Assembly: GCA_043228905.1 (NCBI GenBank)
Contig: JBHGNT010000001.1
Location: 16,554,001-16,618,000, forward strand
Length of the DNA stretch: 64,000 nucleotides
Origin: Azolla caroliniana
Lineage: Eukaryota; Plantae; Polypodiophyta
Direction: 5' to 3'
Both the position numbers and the translations under genes were made by a program. The number at the start of each line of letters is the position of its first letter. The first letter of the stretch is position 1. Under the pieces are notes generated by a model. That model worked only from the letters and a program-made list of their open reading frames with translations. It did not search any database and had not been told where the DNA came from. Positions 10,833 through 21,762 of the stretch are shown piece by piece.

Positions 10833-13800
10833 CACTCACATGTTTTCACCCATGACCCTCAGTACCTTTGGATGGAGATATTCCACAAAGAGTGTGGACA
10901 AGCAAAGACGTGTCATACCAGCATATGAGGATGTTCTCTTGTCTTGCCTACGTGCATGTTGCAAAGGACCGAAGGGGGAAATTGGATCCAAAGACTCGGC
11001 CATGCATATTTCTTGGCTACGAAGATGACAAATTTGGCTATCAACTATGGGGCCTAGTCGACAAGAAGGTGATTCGAAGCTGAGATATTGTCTTTATTGA
11101 AGAGAAGACAATTGCCGATTGGGAGATAGAGAAGACAGGGTCGGACTCCCAGTAGACCGACGATAGGCCTCCGTCTACCGATTCGAGCCATGTTGATATC
11201 GGCCAATTTGGACATCAGTCGACTCGACCAAAGTTAGAGACAAACCAATCGGTTGAGTAAATAGTCTGCAATGTCAACAACCAAGTGAGGAACACTGGGG
11301 GTCAGGTGAGACAAGATTTCCAACAAGCATACAAGGAGAGCCGGTTGGAAGAAGACAATCGGTTGAATGAGGATATGAATCTGATTCGGATGAAGAGCCG
11401 ACTGAAGAGATCAAACAAGAGCCAATAGTTGCAAATGAAGGTAGGAGATACCCTCTGAGAGAAAGAAGGGCCCTCCGGATATTTCCGGACAAAGAGTATG
11501 TGTTATTAACCAATGAGGGGGAGTCGGAAAGATTCGAAGAAGCAAAGAGGGATACCCACAATAGTGTGAGGGAATAACGTTCGGCCACAACCGAGTCTTC
11601 AACAAGGAATAGAAGAGAACAACCTAAAACCAAGATGACACAGGATGTTTACGTGGAAAACCCTAAATGGGAAAAAGCATGGGAGCCCACAGACTCCAAC
11701 TATCACTATGAGGGGAGGAATACAATGTGAGACTCAGAGACAACAACCTCGAGCTCTATGTCTTCGCCAATGGAGGCTACAAAACAGAAACTAGTTCGAT
11801 ATATATATATATATACACTCTCTGTATATAAATTTATACATCTCTACGGCAACTCACATCATGCATAAAGTGACTACCCTAAGTCATATTTATACTTATA
11901 TGAATTTAGGGCTATTTACAAATATAGACTCGATGGGCTCACCATGAAACATATTTACACATATGTTCTTCGATCCGGTTTCCGGTTCTCATCTAGAGGG
12001 ACCGAATTCCCAACAAACTCCCCCTTCACTCCGACATGGGATTTCTCGTTAATCCGATTTGTCTTCGGCACGCCAGCTTGTCGGTTGAAAGCACCTTGGT
12101 CAGCATATCGGATCCGTTCTCCTTCGTGTGGATCTTCGTCAACACGAAGTCTTGATCTTCTACCTTCTTCTGGGAATGGTAGGCCGCATTCTTCGCAAGG
12201 TGGATGGCACTTTGACTATCGTAGTAGAGCCGGTATTCCTCCTATCAGATCCCTAGCTCTCCGATGAAGTCCTTCATCCATATTACTTCCTTGCCGGTTT
12301 CCACAGCTGCCATATACTCCGCTTCTATTGTTGATAGTGCAACGGACTTCTGCAGCCTCGACTGCCATGATACGGTTGCCCCTGCATAAGTCATGAAATA
12401 TCCGGATGTAGACCGGCTGGTATCCAAATTAGCCAACATATCCGAATCCGTGAATCCGTCAAGTTGGGGATAATCTGAGCCGAACCGGAGGCACATACTC
12501 AAGGTGCCTTTGAAGTACTAGAGTATCCACTTGACCGCGTTGCAGTGCTCTTTTGCATGATTGCTCATGAACCGGCTGACTACTCCGACAGCATATGCAA
12601 TATCCGGTTGGGTGCACACCATTACATACATTAGGCTTCTGACGGCAGAGGCATAAGGTATCTTCTTCATATCCGACTTCTCTGCCTTTGTCTTTGGACT
12701 TTGCTTTTCGGAAAACTTACAATTTGCTGGAAGTGTCGATCCGACTGGTTTCGCCTCCGACATGTTGAACCTTTGAAGCACCTTTGTCACGTACTTCTCT
12801 TGTGACAACCACAACAGCTTCTTCGACCGGTCCTGGATGATGTGCATCCCCAAAATCTGTCTTGCCAAACCCAAATCTTTCATTGAGAAGGTCTGGTTTA
12901 GAGCCTTCTTCAGCATTTGGATCTTAACTTGGTCTTGTCCGACGATCAACATATCATCCACATATAGCAAGAGTATTAGGAAGTCTCCTCTGACAAATTT
13001 TTTCACAAACATGCAGTGGTCAGCTTGCGTCTTGTGGTACCCTTGGTCGGTCATGAAGGAGTCGAACTACCGGTACCATTGTCGGGGAGCTTGCTTCAAT
13101 CCGTATAAGCTCTTCTTCAGCCAGCATACCAGGTGCTCCTTCCCTTTCCTCTCAAATCCTTCTGGTTGATGCATGTCGATCTCTTCTTCGAGGTCACCAT
13201 GTAGGAATGTCATCTTGACGTCCAATTGCTCTACCTCGAGGTGCATGCTTGCCGCTATGCTCATTACCGTGCGGATGGATATCATCTTTACAACCAAGGC
13301 ATAGATCTCACCGAAATCCACACCTTTCTTCTGCTAGAAACCCTTCACTACGATCCGGGCCTTGTACCTCGATGGATTTCCGGTGTCTCCCGGTTTCAGC
13401 TTGTACACCCAGTTATTTCGAAGTGCTCTCTTTCCTTTCGGCAACTCCGTCAATTCATATGTGTTGTTCTCATGTAGGGAATCCATCTCATCCTACATTG
13501 CACTTAACCACTTGCGGTTGTGGGTGTCTTTCTTTGCTTCTTCAAAGCTTTCTGAATCCCCCTCATCGGTCAGCAATACATGCTCTATATCTGGAAATCT
13601 CTAGGGGCTCTTCTCTCCCTGAGAGGGTATCTCCGCCTTTGGTCTTCAACAACCGGTTCGTCCGTTTTTTCTTCATCCGAATCTAATTTGGGGTCTTTCT
13701 GGTTTCGGTGTCTCCTTCTTCTTCTTCTTCGGTCGGTTCAATTTCTTGTCTGAATCCGGCCAGTTCTTCGAGTGTCATCCGGCATCGGTTAACATCTAGT

Positions 13801-15209
13801 TTTCATTGGATGATCCAGAGTTCATCACCTTCTTCTCCGACTCCCAGTCGGCAATGGTACTGTCTTCCATGAAGACTATGTCCCGACTCCGAAACACCTT
13901 CTTGTCGACCAGATCCCACACCCGGTAACTGAACTCATCATCGCCGTATCTGAGGAATATGCATGGCTTGGACTTCGGATCCAGCTTTGCTCTCTTGTCC
14001 TTTGCAACATGCACATATGCGAGACAGCCAAACACCTTCAGATGCCAGTAAGATACATCTCTACCGGTCCATACTTTCTACAGTGAGTCTCCTTCCAAGG
14101 GTGTTGAGGGTGATCTTTTTATAACATAGGTCGTCGTTATCAGTGCCTCAGCCCAAAACGTCTTGGGTAACTTGGCATGTGCTAGCATGCTTAGGACTCT
14201 CTCCATTATGGTCCGGTTCATCCATTCAGCCAGCCCGTTCCATCACGGCATCTTCAACACGATAGATTCGAGCCGGATTCCCTTCGACTAGGAGTACTCC
14301 TCGAACTGCCCCCGGTATTCTCTTCCGTTATCTGCTTGAACCGCCTTCATCTTCCGGCCGTTTTCTCTTTCCAATCTCGCGTGGAGCTCCTTGAAGACGG
14401 ATAGCACCTGATCCTTTGTCTTCAACGGTGAGACCCACAGCTTCCAGCTATGGTCGTCTATGAACATCATGAAGTACTACAATCCGGCATGTGACTTCGT
14501 GTCGACTTGACACACATCGCTATGCACTAGCTCCAGTGATGCATTCCATCTCATCGGTGGTCTTGACCGGAAGGAGGTTCTGTTTTGTTTGCTTGCCAAG
14601 CAGTCGGTGCACTTCTCAATATGCACGTCATTCACCTCCAAAATGAGGTTGTCTTCGGCAAGTCTTCTCATCCTCTTCTGGCTCATATGATAGAGTCTCT
14701 TGTGCCATAGCTCACCGGTAGTGTCGGATGCAATGTTCACTTCTTCTCGGCGTATCTGAGCATTCATCAAGTACAGTGTGTTGACCTTCTAGGCTCGAGC
14801 CCCTATTAGCCTCCCTTTGTTGAACTTCATGACACCATTCCGGATGCTACCACTGTAGCCTTCATCATCTAGCCGACCGGTTGATATCAGGTTCAACCGA
14901 ACCTTTGGAACGTGTCGGACTTCTTTTAGCAGTAATTTGCATCCAGTTGATGTTGTCAACAACACATCTCCTATGCCGACAATTCGTCATGTACCTTCAT
15001 TCCCCATCCAGACACAACCGTGATCTCTGGCTATGTAGGATGAGAAACATTTCCGGTCCGGTGTCAAATGGAACGACGCTCCGGAATTCACAACCCACAT
15101 TGTCTCATCACCGACAAGGTTTAACTCATTCTCCTTGACAATGAGCATCAATTCTTCTTCACTTGTCGTGATCACCGACGCTCCTTTCCGATCCGAACCT
15201 CTCCGGTTC

Positions 15210-15798
15210 TGTTGAGAATCAACGCTTCGATTCACCTTCTTCAGTCGGCCACACCCGAGTAATTGCGGATCAATGGAGCAGAAAATAGGAACCAAAAGAG
15301 AAATACACGAGTACACAGTGATTAACGTGGAAAACCCTAGATGGGAAAAACCACGGGAGTACAAGACTCCAAACAACACTATACAAAGAGAAGTATACAA
15401 TGACGAGCTCCAAGGCGACAACCTTGAGCTCGCTGTCCTCGCCACAGGCGGCGGAAATACACAGAGGCGTCGTCCTCTTCCTCTCTCGCGCTCTATCTCT
15501 CTCTCTCTCTCTCTCACGGCTGCTTACTCTTCACTCCTCTTGAGTGAAAAAACAGAAAAATGAGAAGCAACAACAAAACAGTTTGCCCTAAGTCATATTT
15601 ATACTCATATGACTTTGGGCTATTTACAACTGTAGCCTCAGGGGCCCATAGCGAACATATTCACGGATATGTCCCTGCATCCGGATCGCTCTCCGGGTAC
15701 ATTCGTCATCCGGTACCGAAACTGGGGTCTTCGTCATCCGGATCCGAAACCGACAACCGGATCCGACCATCCCATCCGAAGGGACCGTAATCCCAACA
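15210..15798 (-). repeat. 3' LTR of element F
   Basis: Matches 19915-20503. Confidence 0.97.
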
Positions 15799-15808
15799 AA
15801 CTCCCCCT

Positions 15809-18800
15809 TCACTTCGGCATGGGATGTTTCTCCAATCCGATCCTCTTCCGGCATGCTTCCAGCTTGTCGGGTGTGAGCACCTTGGTCAGCATATCCGACC
15901 CGTTCTCGTCCGTGTGGATCTTCGTCAGCACGAACTCCTTGTCTTCTATCCTTTCCCGGATCCAGTGATATCTTCGCTGGATGTGCTTCGTCCGGGAGTG
16001 ATAGGCCGCGTTCTTTGCAAGGTGGATTGCACTCTGACTGTCGCAGTAGAGTCGGTACTCCTCCTGCCGGATACCGAGCTCTCTAATGAAGTCCTTCATC
16101 CATATTATTTCCTTGCCGGCTTCAACAGCCGCCATGTACTCCGCCTCCGTGGTTGACAACGCAACCGTCTTCTGCAGCCTCGACTGCCACGAAACAGCTC
16201 CCCCTGCATACGTCATCACATACCCTGATGTGGACCGGCTGGTATCTGCATCAGCCGACATATCAGAATCAGTAAAGCCTTCGAGTTCGGGCTTACCGGA
16301 GCCGAATCGGAGGCACACGTTTGCCGTGCCCTTCAGGTATCGGAGTATCCACTTGACCGCGTTCCAGTGCTCTTTGCCGGGATTGCTCATGTACCGGCTC
16401 ACCACTCCGACTGCATATCCTATGTCCGGTCTCGTACACACCATGGCGTACATCAAGCTCCCGACGGCTGAGGCATACGGCACTTCCATCATATCCTCCT
16501 TTTCAGCCTTTGTCTTGGGACTTTGCTTGCTGGTCAGTTTGCAGTTTGTCGGGAGGGTCGATCCGACCGGTCTCGCTTCCGACATGTTGAACCGGTGAAG
16601 CACCTTCGTCACGTACTTCTCCTGTGACAGACCCAACTGCTTCTTCTTCCGGTCCCGGATGATGTGCATCCCTAGTATTTGCCTCGCCGGACCCAGGTCC
16701 TTCATTGAGAAGGTTCGGTGAAGAGCCTTCTTCAGCATCCGTATCTTGACCTGGTCCCGTCCGACGATCAACATGTCGTCCACGTACAGGAGGAGTATTA
16801 GAGAGTCTCCTCCTTCGAACTTCTTCACAAACACGCAGTGGTCGGACTGCGTTTTGAGGTACCCTTCGTCGGTCATGAAGGAATCGAACTTCCGGTACCA
16901 TTGCCGGGGAGCCTGCTTCAGTCCGTAAAGGCTCTTCTTCAACCGGCATACCAGGTGCTCCTTCCCTTTCTTCTCGAATCCTTCCGGTTGCTGCATGTAG
17001 ATCTCTTCATCGAGGTCACCGTGAAGGAATGCCGTCTTCACGTCCATCTGTTCTACCTCGAGGTCCATGCTTGCCGCTATGCTCAGCACCGTCCGGATAG
17101 AGGTCATCTTCACTACCGGGGCAAATATCTCGTCGAAGTCGACGCCCTTCTTCTGCTGAAACCCCTTCACCACGATCCTGGCTTTGTATCTCGGGGGGTT
17201 TCCGGCATCTCCCGGTTTCAGCTTGAACACCCACTTGTTACGGAGTGCCCGTTTTCCTTTCGGCAACTCCACAAGTTCATATGTGTGGTTCTCATGCAGG
17301 GAATCCATCTCGTCCTGCATGGCACTCAACCACCTGCGGCTCTGGGTGTCATGCTTTGCTTCTTCAAAGCTCTCCGGCTCCCCTTCGTCGGTTAGCAGCA
17401 CGTGCTCTGGTTCCGGAAATCTCCGGGGGGGCCTTCTCTCTCTTAGAGGATATCTCCGTTCCGGAGCTTCGGTAACCTGTTCTTCTGATTCTTCTTCTTC
17501 ATCCGAATCCATTTCGGGATCGGGAACGGTTCCGGTATCATTTTCATCTTCCTCGGCCGGTTCTCTTTCTTCACCGTCTTCGGCCGGATCCTCGAGTGCT
17601 AACCGGTCCCTTTCCGGTCGGGACTGCTCCTCGTAGAGTTTATCCTCACCGGTCGACTTGGAGCTCTTCATCTTCTTCTCCGACTCCAAGTCGGCGAGTG
17701 TCTTGTCCTCCATGAAGATGATGTCTCGACTCCTGAATATCTTCTTGTCGACCGGGTCCCATACTCGGTAGCCGAACTCGTCGTCGCCGTAACCGAGGAA
17801 TATGCATGGCCGGGTCTTTGGATCTAGCTTCCCTCTCCGGTCCTTTGCCACATGCACGTATGCGAGACACCCGAACACCTTCAGATGCCGGTAGGATACT
17901 TCCCTACCGGTCCACACTCTCTGCGGCGTGTCTCCGTCCAAAGGTACTGAGGGTGATCTGTTTATCACATATGTCGCCGTCGACATTGCCTCAGCCCAAA
18001 ATCCCTTGGGTAATTTCGCATGCGCCAGCATACTCCGGACCCTCTCCATTATGGTCCGGTTCATCCTCTCGGCCAGCCCGTTCAGTTCCGGCGTCTTCGG
18101 CACAGTAAACTCGAGCCGGATTCCCTTCGAGCGACAGTACTCCTGGAACTGCCCCCGGTATTCCCCTCCGTTATCCGCTCGTATCGCTTTCAGCTTCTTG
18201 CCGGATTCCCTTTCCACTCTCGCGTGGAGATCTTTGAAGACGCACAACACTTGGTCCTTTGTCTTCATCGGAGCCGTCCACAGTTTTCGGCTATGATCAT
18301 CGATGAATGTTACGAAGTACTGGGCTCCGCCATGTGACTTCGTTTCTACCTGACACACGTCGGTGTGCACCAACTCCAATGGTGCGCTACGTCTCGTCGG
18401 TGGCCTTGAGTGGAAGGAGGTTCGGTTCTGCTTACCGGCCAGGCAGTCGGTGCACTTCTCCAGGTGCACATGCTTCACCGGAATAAGGTTGTCTTCTGCA
18501 AGCCTCTTCATCCCCTTCGTACTCATGTGGCACAGTCTTTTGTGCCACAGCTCACCGGCAGTGTCGGCTGCCACATTCAGCTCTTCCGGACATAACCAGG
18601 CATTCATCAGGTACAGTGTGTTGACCTTCCGGGCCCGAGCCACTATCAAGCTCCCCTTGCTGAACTTCATGACACCGTTCCGGATGCTACCCGTGTAGCC
18701 TTCATCATCTAGCCTCCCGGCCGAAATCAGGTTCAGTCGGACCTCCGGAACGTGTCGGACATTCTTCAGCAGCATTTTGCATCCGGTCGGGGTTGTCAAC

Positions 18801-19885
18801 CACACGTCTCCTATGCCGGCAATCCGGCACGTACCTTCGTTTCCCATCCGAACGCAGCCATGCTCCCCGGCTGTGTAGGATGAGAAGTATCTTCTCTCCG
18901 GGGTCAGGTGGAACGATGCTCCGGAATCGACCACCCAGGTCGTCTCATCGCCGGCAATGTTTAGCTCACCTTCTTCGGTGATGAGCATGATTTCTTCTTC
19001 ACTTGCCGCGAGTGCCGTCGTTCCTTTCCGGTCCTGCCCTCGCCGATCCGAACCTCTCCGGTCCGTGGCTCCCCGGTATGCACCGTTTCTCTCCGGTGAC
19101 TTCTTCGAATCGGTGTCGTCGGCTCCGTTGTCTTTTCGGTAATGCCGACAGTTCTTTCGGAAGTGCCCCGGCTTCCCACAGTGGAAGCATGTGGGCCTTC
19201 CTCTTGACTGCGACCGGGTCCCCGACTTCTCCCGTCTTTGCGGACTCCGGTTCCATTGTCTTCCCCGATCCGATTCGGTAAATAGCATCTTCGGTTCGGA
19301 GGCCGGTTCCTTGTCTCTCCGACGCGCTTCTTCGTTCAAGATACTTGTCTTTACCGTTTGCAAGGACAAGTTATCTTCGGTGCAGGAGGTGCTGAGAGTC
19401 ACCACCAAGTTCTCCCAGCTGTCCGGCAATGTACACATCAAGATGATGGCTTGCATTGCATCCTCCAGCGGGAACTTGATCGCCGCAAGCTGATTCACGA
19501 ATCCCATGAACGTGCTTACGTGTTCCACCATACTCTCGCCGTCCCGGTACTTGAGATTCACAATCTTCCTCATCAGGGAGGTCCGGTTCAACGCATTCTT
19601 CCTCTCGTAGAGGCCCGACAGCTTCTTCCACATTTCATATGCGTTGGTGTCGTTCGCCACATGTTGTAGGACGCTTACATCGACATATTGTCGGATCGTC
19701 GCTACGGCTTTCCGGTTCAGGAGCTTCCACTCCGACTCAAGTACCCCCTTCGGTATTTCCGACCTGTCAATCGGTTCGTACAGGTCCCGAACAATCAGAA
19801 GATCCTCCATCTTGATCTTCCAGTCGGCGTAATTCTGTGCGTTCAGCACCATCATCCCCGGCTGCCCGCTGCCGCCGCCTTCCAT
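15809..19885 (-). CDS. Copia gag-pol polyprotein (1358 aa from first ATG): gag, CCHC knuckle, protease, integrase, RT, RNase H
   Basis: CFHCGKPGHFRKNC; WVVDSGAS; WHKRLCH..CTDC; VHTD, DNGGE, NGLAERMN; DVKTAFLHG; LYVDDML; FTDSD, EAEY, HSRTKHI; no internal stops. Confidence 0.96.
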   Translation of the reverse strand: MEGGGSGQPGMMVLNAQNYADWKIKMEDLLIVRDLYEPIDRSEIPKGVLESEWKLLNRKAVATIRQYVDVSVLQHVANDTNAYEMWKKLSGLYERKNALNRTSLMRKIVNLKYRDGESMVEHVSTFMGFVNQLAAIKFPLEDAMQAIILMCTLPDSWENLVVTLSTSCTEDNLSLQTVKTSILNEEARRRDKEPASEPKMLFTESDRGRQWNRSPQRREKSGTRSQSRGRPTCFHCGKPGHFRKNCRHYRKDNGADDTDSKKSPERNGAYRGATDRRGSDRRGQDRKGTTALAASEEEIMLITEEGELNIAGDETTWVVDSGASFHLTPERRYFSSYTAGEHGCVRMGNEGTCRIAGIGDVWLTTPTGCKMLLKNVRHVPEVRLNLISAGRLDDEGYTGSIRNGVMKFSKGSLIVARARKVNTLYLMNAWLCPEELNVAADTAGELWHKRLCHMSTKGMKRLAEDNLIPVKHVHLEKCTDCLAGKQNRTSFHSRPPTRRSAPLELVHTDVCQVETKSHGGAQYFVTFIDDHSRKLWTAPMKTKDQVLCVFKDLHARVERESGKKLKAIRADNGGEYRGQFQEYCRSKGIRLEFTVPKTPELNGLAERMNRTIMERVRSMLAHAKLPKGFWAEAMSTATYVINRSPSVPLDGDTPQRVWTGREVSYRHLKVFGCLAYVHVAKDRRGKLDPKTRPCIFLGYGDDEFGYRVWDPVDKKIFRSRDIIFMEDKTLADLESEKKMKSSKSTGEDKLYEEQSRPERDRLALEDPAEDGEEREPAEEDENDTGTVPDPEMDSDEEEESEEQVTEAPERRYPLRERRPPRRFPEPEHVLLTDEGEPESFEEAKHDTQSRRWLSAMQDEMDSLHENHTYELVELPKGKRALRNKWVFKLKPGDAGNPPRYKARIVVKGFQQKKGVDFDEIFAPVVKMTSIRTVLSIAASMDLEVEQMDVKTAFLHGDLDEEIYMQQPEGFEKKGKEHLVCRLKKSLYGLKQAPRQWYRKFDSFMTDEGYLKTQSDHCVFVKKFEGGDSLILLLYVDDMLIVGRDQVKIRMLKKALHRTFSMKDLGPARQILGMHIIRDRKKKQLGLSQEKYVTKVLHRFNMSEARPVGSTLPTNCKLTSKQSPKTKAEKEDMMEVPYASAVGSLMYAMVCTRPDIGYAVGVVSRYMSNPGKEHWNAVKWILRYLKGTANVCLRFGSGKPELEGFTDSDMSADADTSRSTSGYVMTYAGGAVSWQSRLQKTVALSTTEAEYMAAVEAGKEIIWMKDFIRELGIRQEEYRLYCDSQSAIHLAKNAAYHSRTKHIQRRYHWIRERIEDKEFVLTKIHTDENGSDMLTKVLTPDKLEACRKRIGLEKHPMPK

Positions 19886-19914
19886 TTTCTGCAACAGTCG
19901 CTCTGATACCAGTT

Positions 19915-20503
19915 TGTTGAGAATCAACGCTTCGATTCACCTTCTTCAGTCGGCCACACCCGAGTAATTGCGGATCAATGGAGCAGAAAATAGGAACCAA
20001 AAGAGAAATACACGAGTACACAGTGATTAACGTGGAAAACCCTAGATGGGAAAAACCACGGGAGTACAAGACTCCAAACAACACTATACAAAGAGAAGTA
20101 TACAATGACGAGCTCCAAGGCGACAACCTTGAGCTCGCTGTCCTCGCCACAGGCGGCGGAAATACACAGAGGCGTCGTCCTCTTCCTCTCTCGCGCTCTA
20201 TCTCTCTCTCTCTCTCTCTCACGGCTGCTTACTCTTCACTCCTCTTGAGTGAAAAAACAGAAAAATGAGAAGCAACAACAAAACAGTTTGCCCTAAGTCA
20301 TATTTATACTCATATGACTTTGGGCTATTTACAACTGTAGCCTCAGGGGCCCATAGCGAACATATTCACGGATATGTCCCTGCATCCGGATCGCTCTCCG
20401 GGTACATTCGTCATCCGGTACCGAAACTGGGGTCTTCGTCATCCGGATCCGAAACCGACAACCGGATCCGACCATCCCATCCGAAGGGACCGTAATCCCA
20501 ACA
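19915..20503 (-). repeat. 5' LTR of element F
   Basis: Matches 15210-15798; followed on the minus strand by the TGGTATCAGAGCGA PBS. Confidence 0.97.
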
Positions 20504-21689
20504 GGTTCGAACTCTTCTTCGGATCGGTGGTGTTGACCCCTTTCTCTTTCCAGAAATGCCGACAGTTCTTCTGGAAGTGCCTCGGCTTCCCATAGTAGAA
20601 GCAAGTAGGCCTCCCCCTTAACTTCGACCTTGTCCCCGATTTGTCCCGGTTTTGGGGACTCCGAGGTCAGCCTCTTCCCCGGTTTCGGTCATCTTCCGTG
20701 ACCAAGGCCTTCAGATCAGTTCCGGACTCCCAGTCCTTCCGGAGAGCTTCTTCATCTAGCAAACTTGATTTTACCCTTGCTATGGATAATTGTTTTCCTC
20801 CCGGCTGGGCATTGCCCAAAGTGACAACTAGCGTCTCCCAACTATCTGGGAGGGAACTGAGCAGGAGCAATGCAAGAACCTCGTCGGCCAGAGGTACTTC
20901 AAGCGAAGTTGTTTGATTTATGAGCCCCTGAAATGCATTCATGTGCACTGCCATGCTGGATCCGTCCTGAAACCCAAGTCTCACTAGCTTCCGGAATACC
21001 GAAACCTGATTTAGGACATTTTTACTCTCCAACATAGTGTCGATTTTCTCCCAGAGCAAATGAGCTTTACTTTCTTCATTGAAGTTGTTATATACGCTCA
21101 TGTCGATGAAGCACCGGATGTACGTCGTGGTCTTCATGTGCATCACCTCCCATGTCATGGCATTGATCTTATCCAATTTCTTGTCCCCGAACTCTACCAG
21201 CAACCAAAGATCTTTGACCACGAGCATGTCCCTCATCTTCGACTTCCACACTGGGTAGTTGGAGCCGGTAAGCTTGAGCATGTTGTCGTATGATACTTCC
21301 ATTTCCTTTGTTCGCTCTTGTACCAGTTTGTGTCAGGAACAGTACTGAGACAGAGAAGGAATTAGTACTAAACGAATGATTAGAACTATGAGAGGTGTAG
21401 GACTTCTTCGAGAGAAGGAAGGAGTGAGCGAGACGGGGAGAGAGAGAGAGACCGAGAGAGAGAGAGAGTGATGATAAGAAAGATATGTATTATATGAAGA
21501 GAATATACAATGGGGGCTAAAAGGCTTAAGACTGGCGTTGAACCAATTTGGTTCAACATAATGCCTAGTGCCCTCTTTTATAGTTTTTTCAGGAGTAATC
21601 CTGAAGCTTCTAGAATGTTCCAAAGAAATCTGGAATATACACTAATTTCCTATAATAAAATGTAAATGAAAATAATATCCTACGTATTA

Positions 21690-21762
21690 CAATAGATGGT
21701 CTAATGGTCAAGAGCTCGACCCATATAACCTAAGGTCATGGGTTCGAGTCTTGCCATATCAT
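21690..21762 (+). promoter_or_regulatory. tRNA-like Pol III A/B-box module inside the G LTR (second copy 26869-26941)
   Basis: A box TGGTCTAATGG (21697-21707) and B box GGTTCGAGTC (21741-21750) at tRNA spacing; no proper acceptor stem. Confidence 0.65.

Larger units (their letters stand above)
15210..20503 (-). mobile_element. Element F: intact, very recent Ty1/Copia element (Tnt1/Tork-like), 5294 bp
   Basis: 589-bp LTRs 15210-15798 and 19915-20503 with no difference I could find. TG..CA ends; TSD GGTTC (15205-15209, 20504-20508); iMet PBS 19898-19911; PPT 15799-15811; single open ORF. Confidence 0.97.

Noticed and set aside
15809-19927. 1372-aa ORF start given in the ORF track
   Set aside because: It begins at a non-ATG codon inside the LTR, upstream of the PBS. 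The plausible start is the ATG at 19885.
21690-21762. Functional tRNA gene
   Set aside because: Acceptor and anticodon stems do not form properly; only promoter boxes and partial arms remain. The same applies to 61585-61658.
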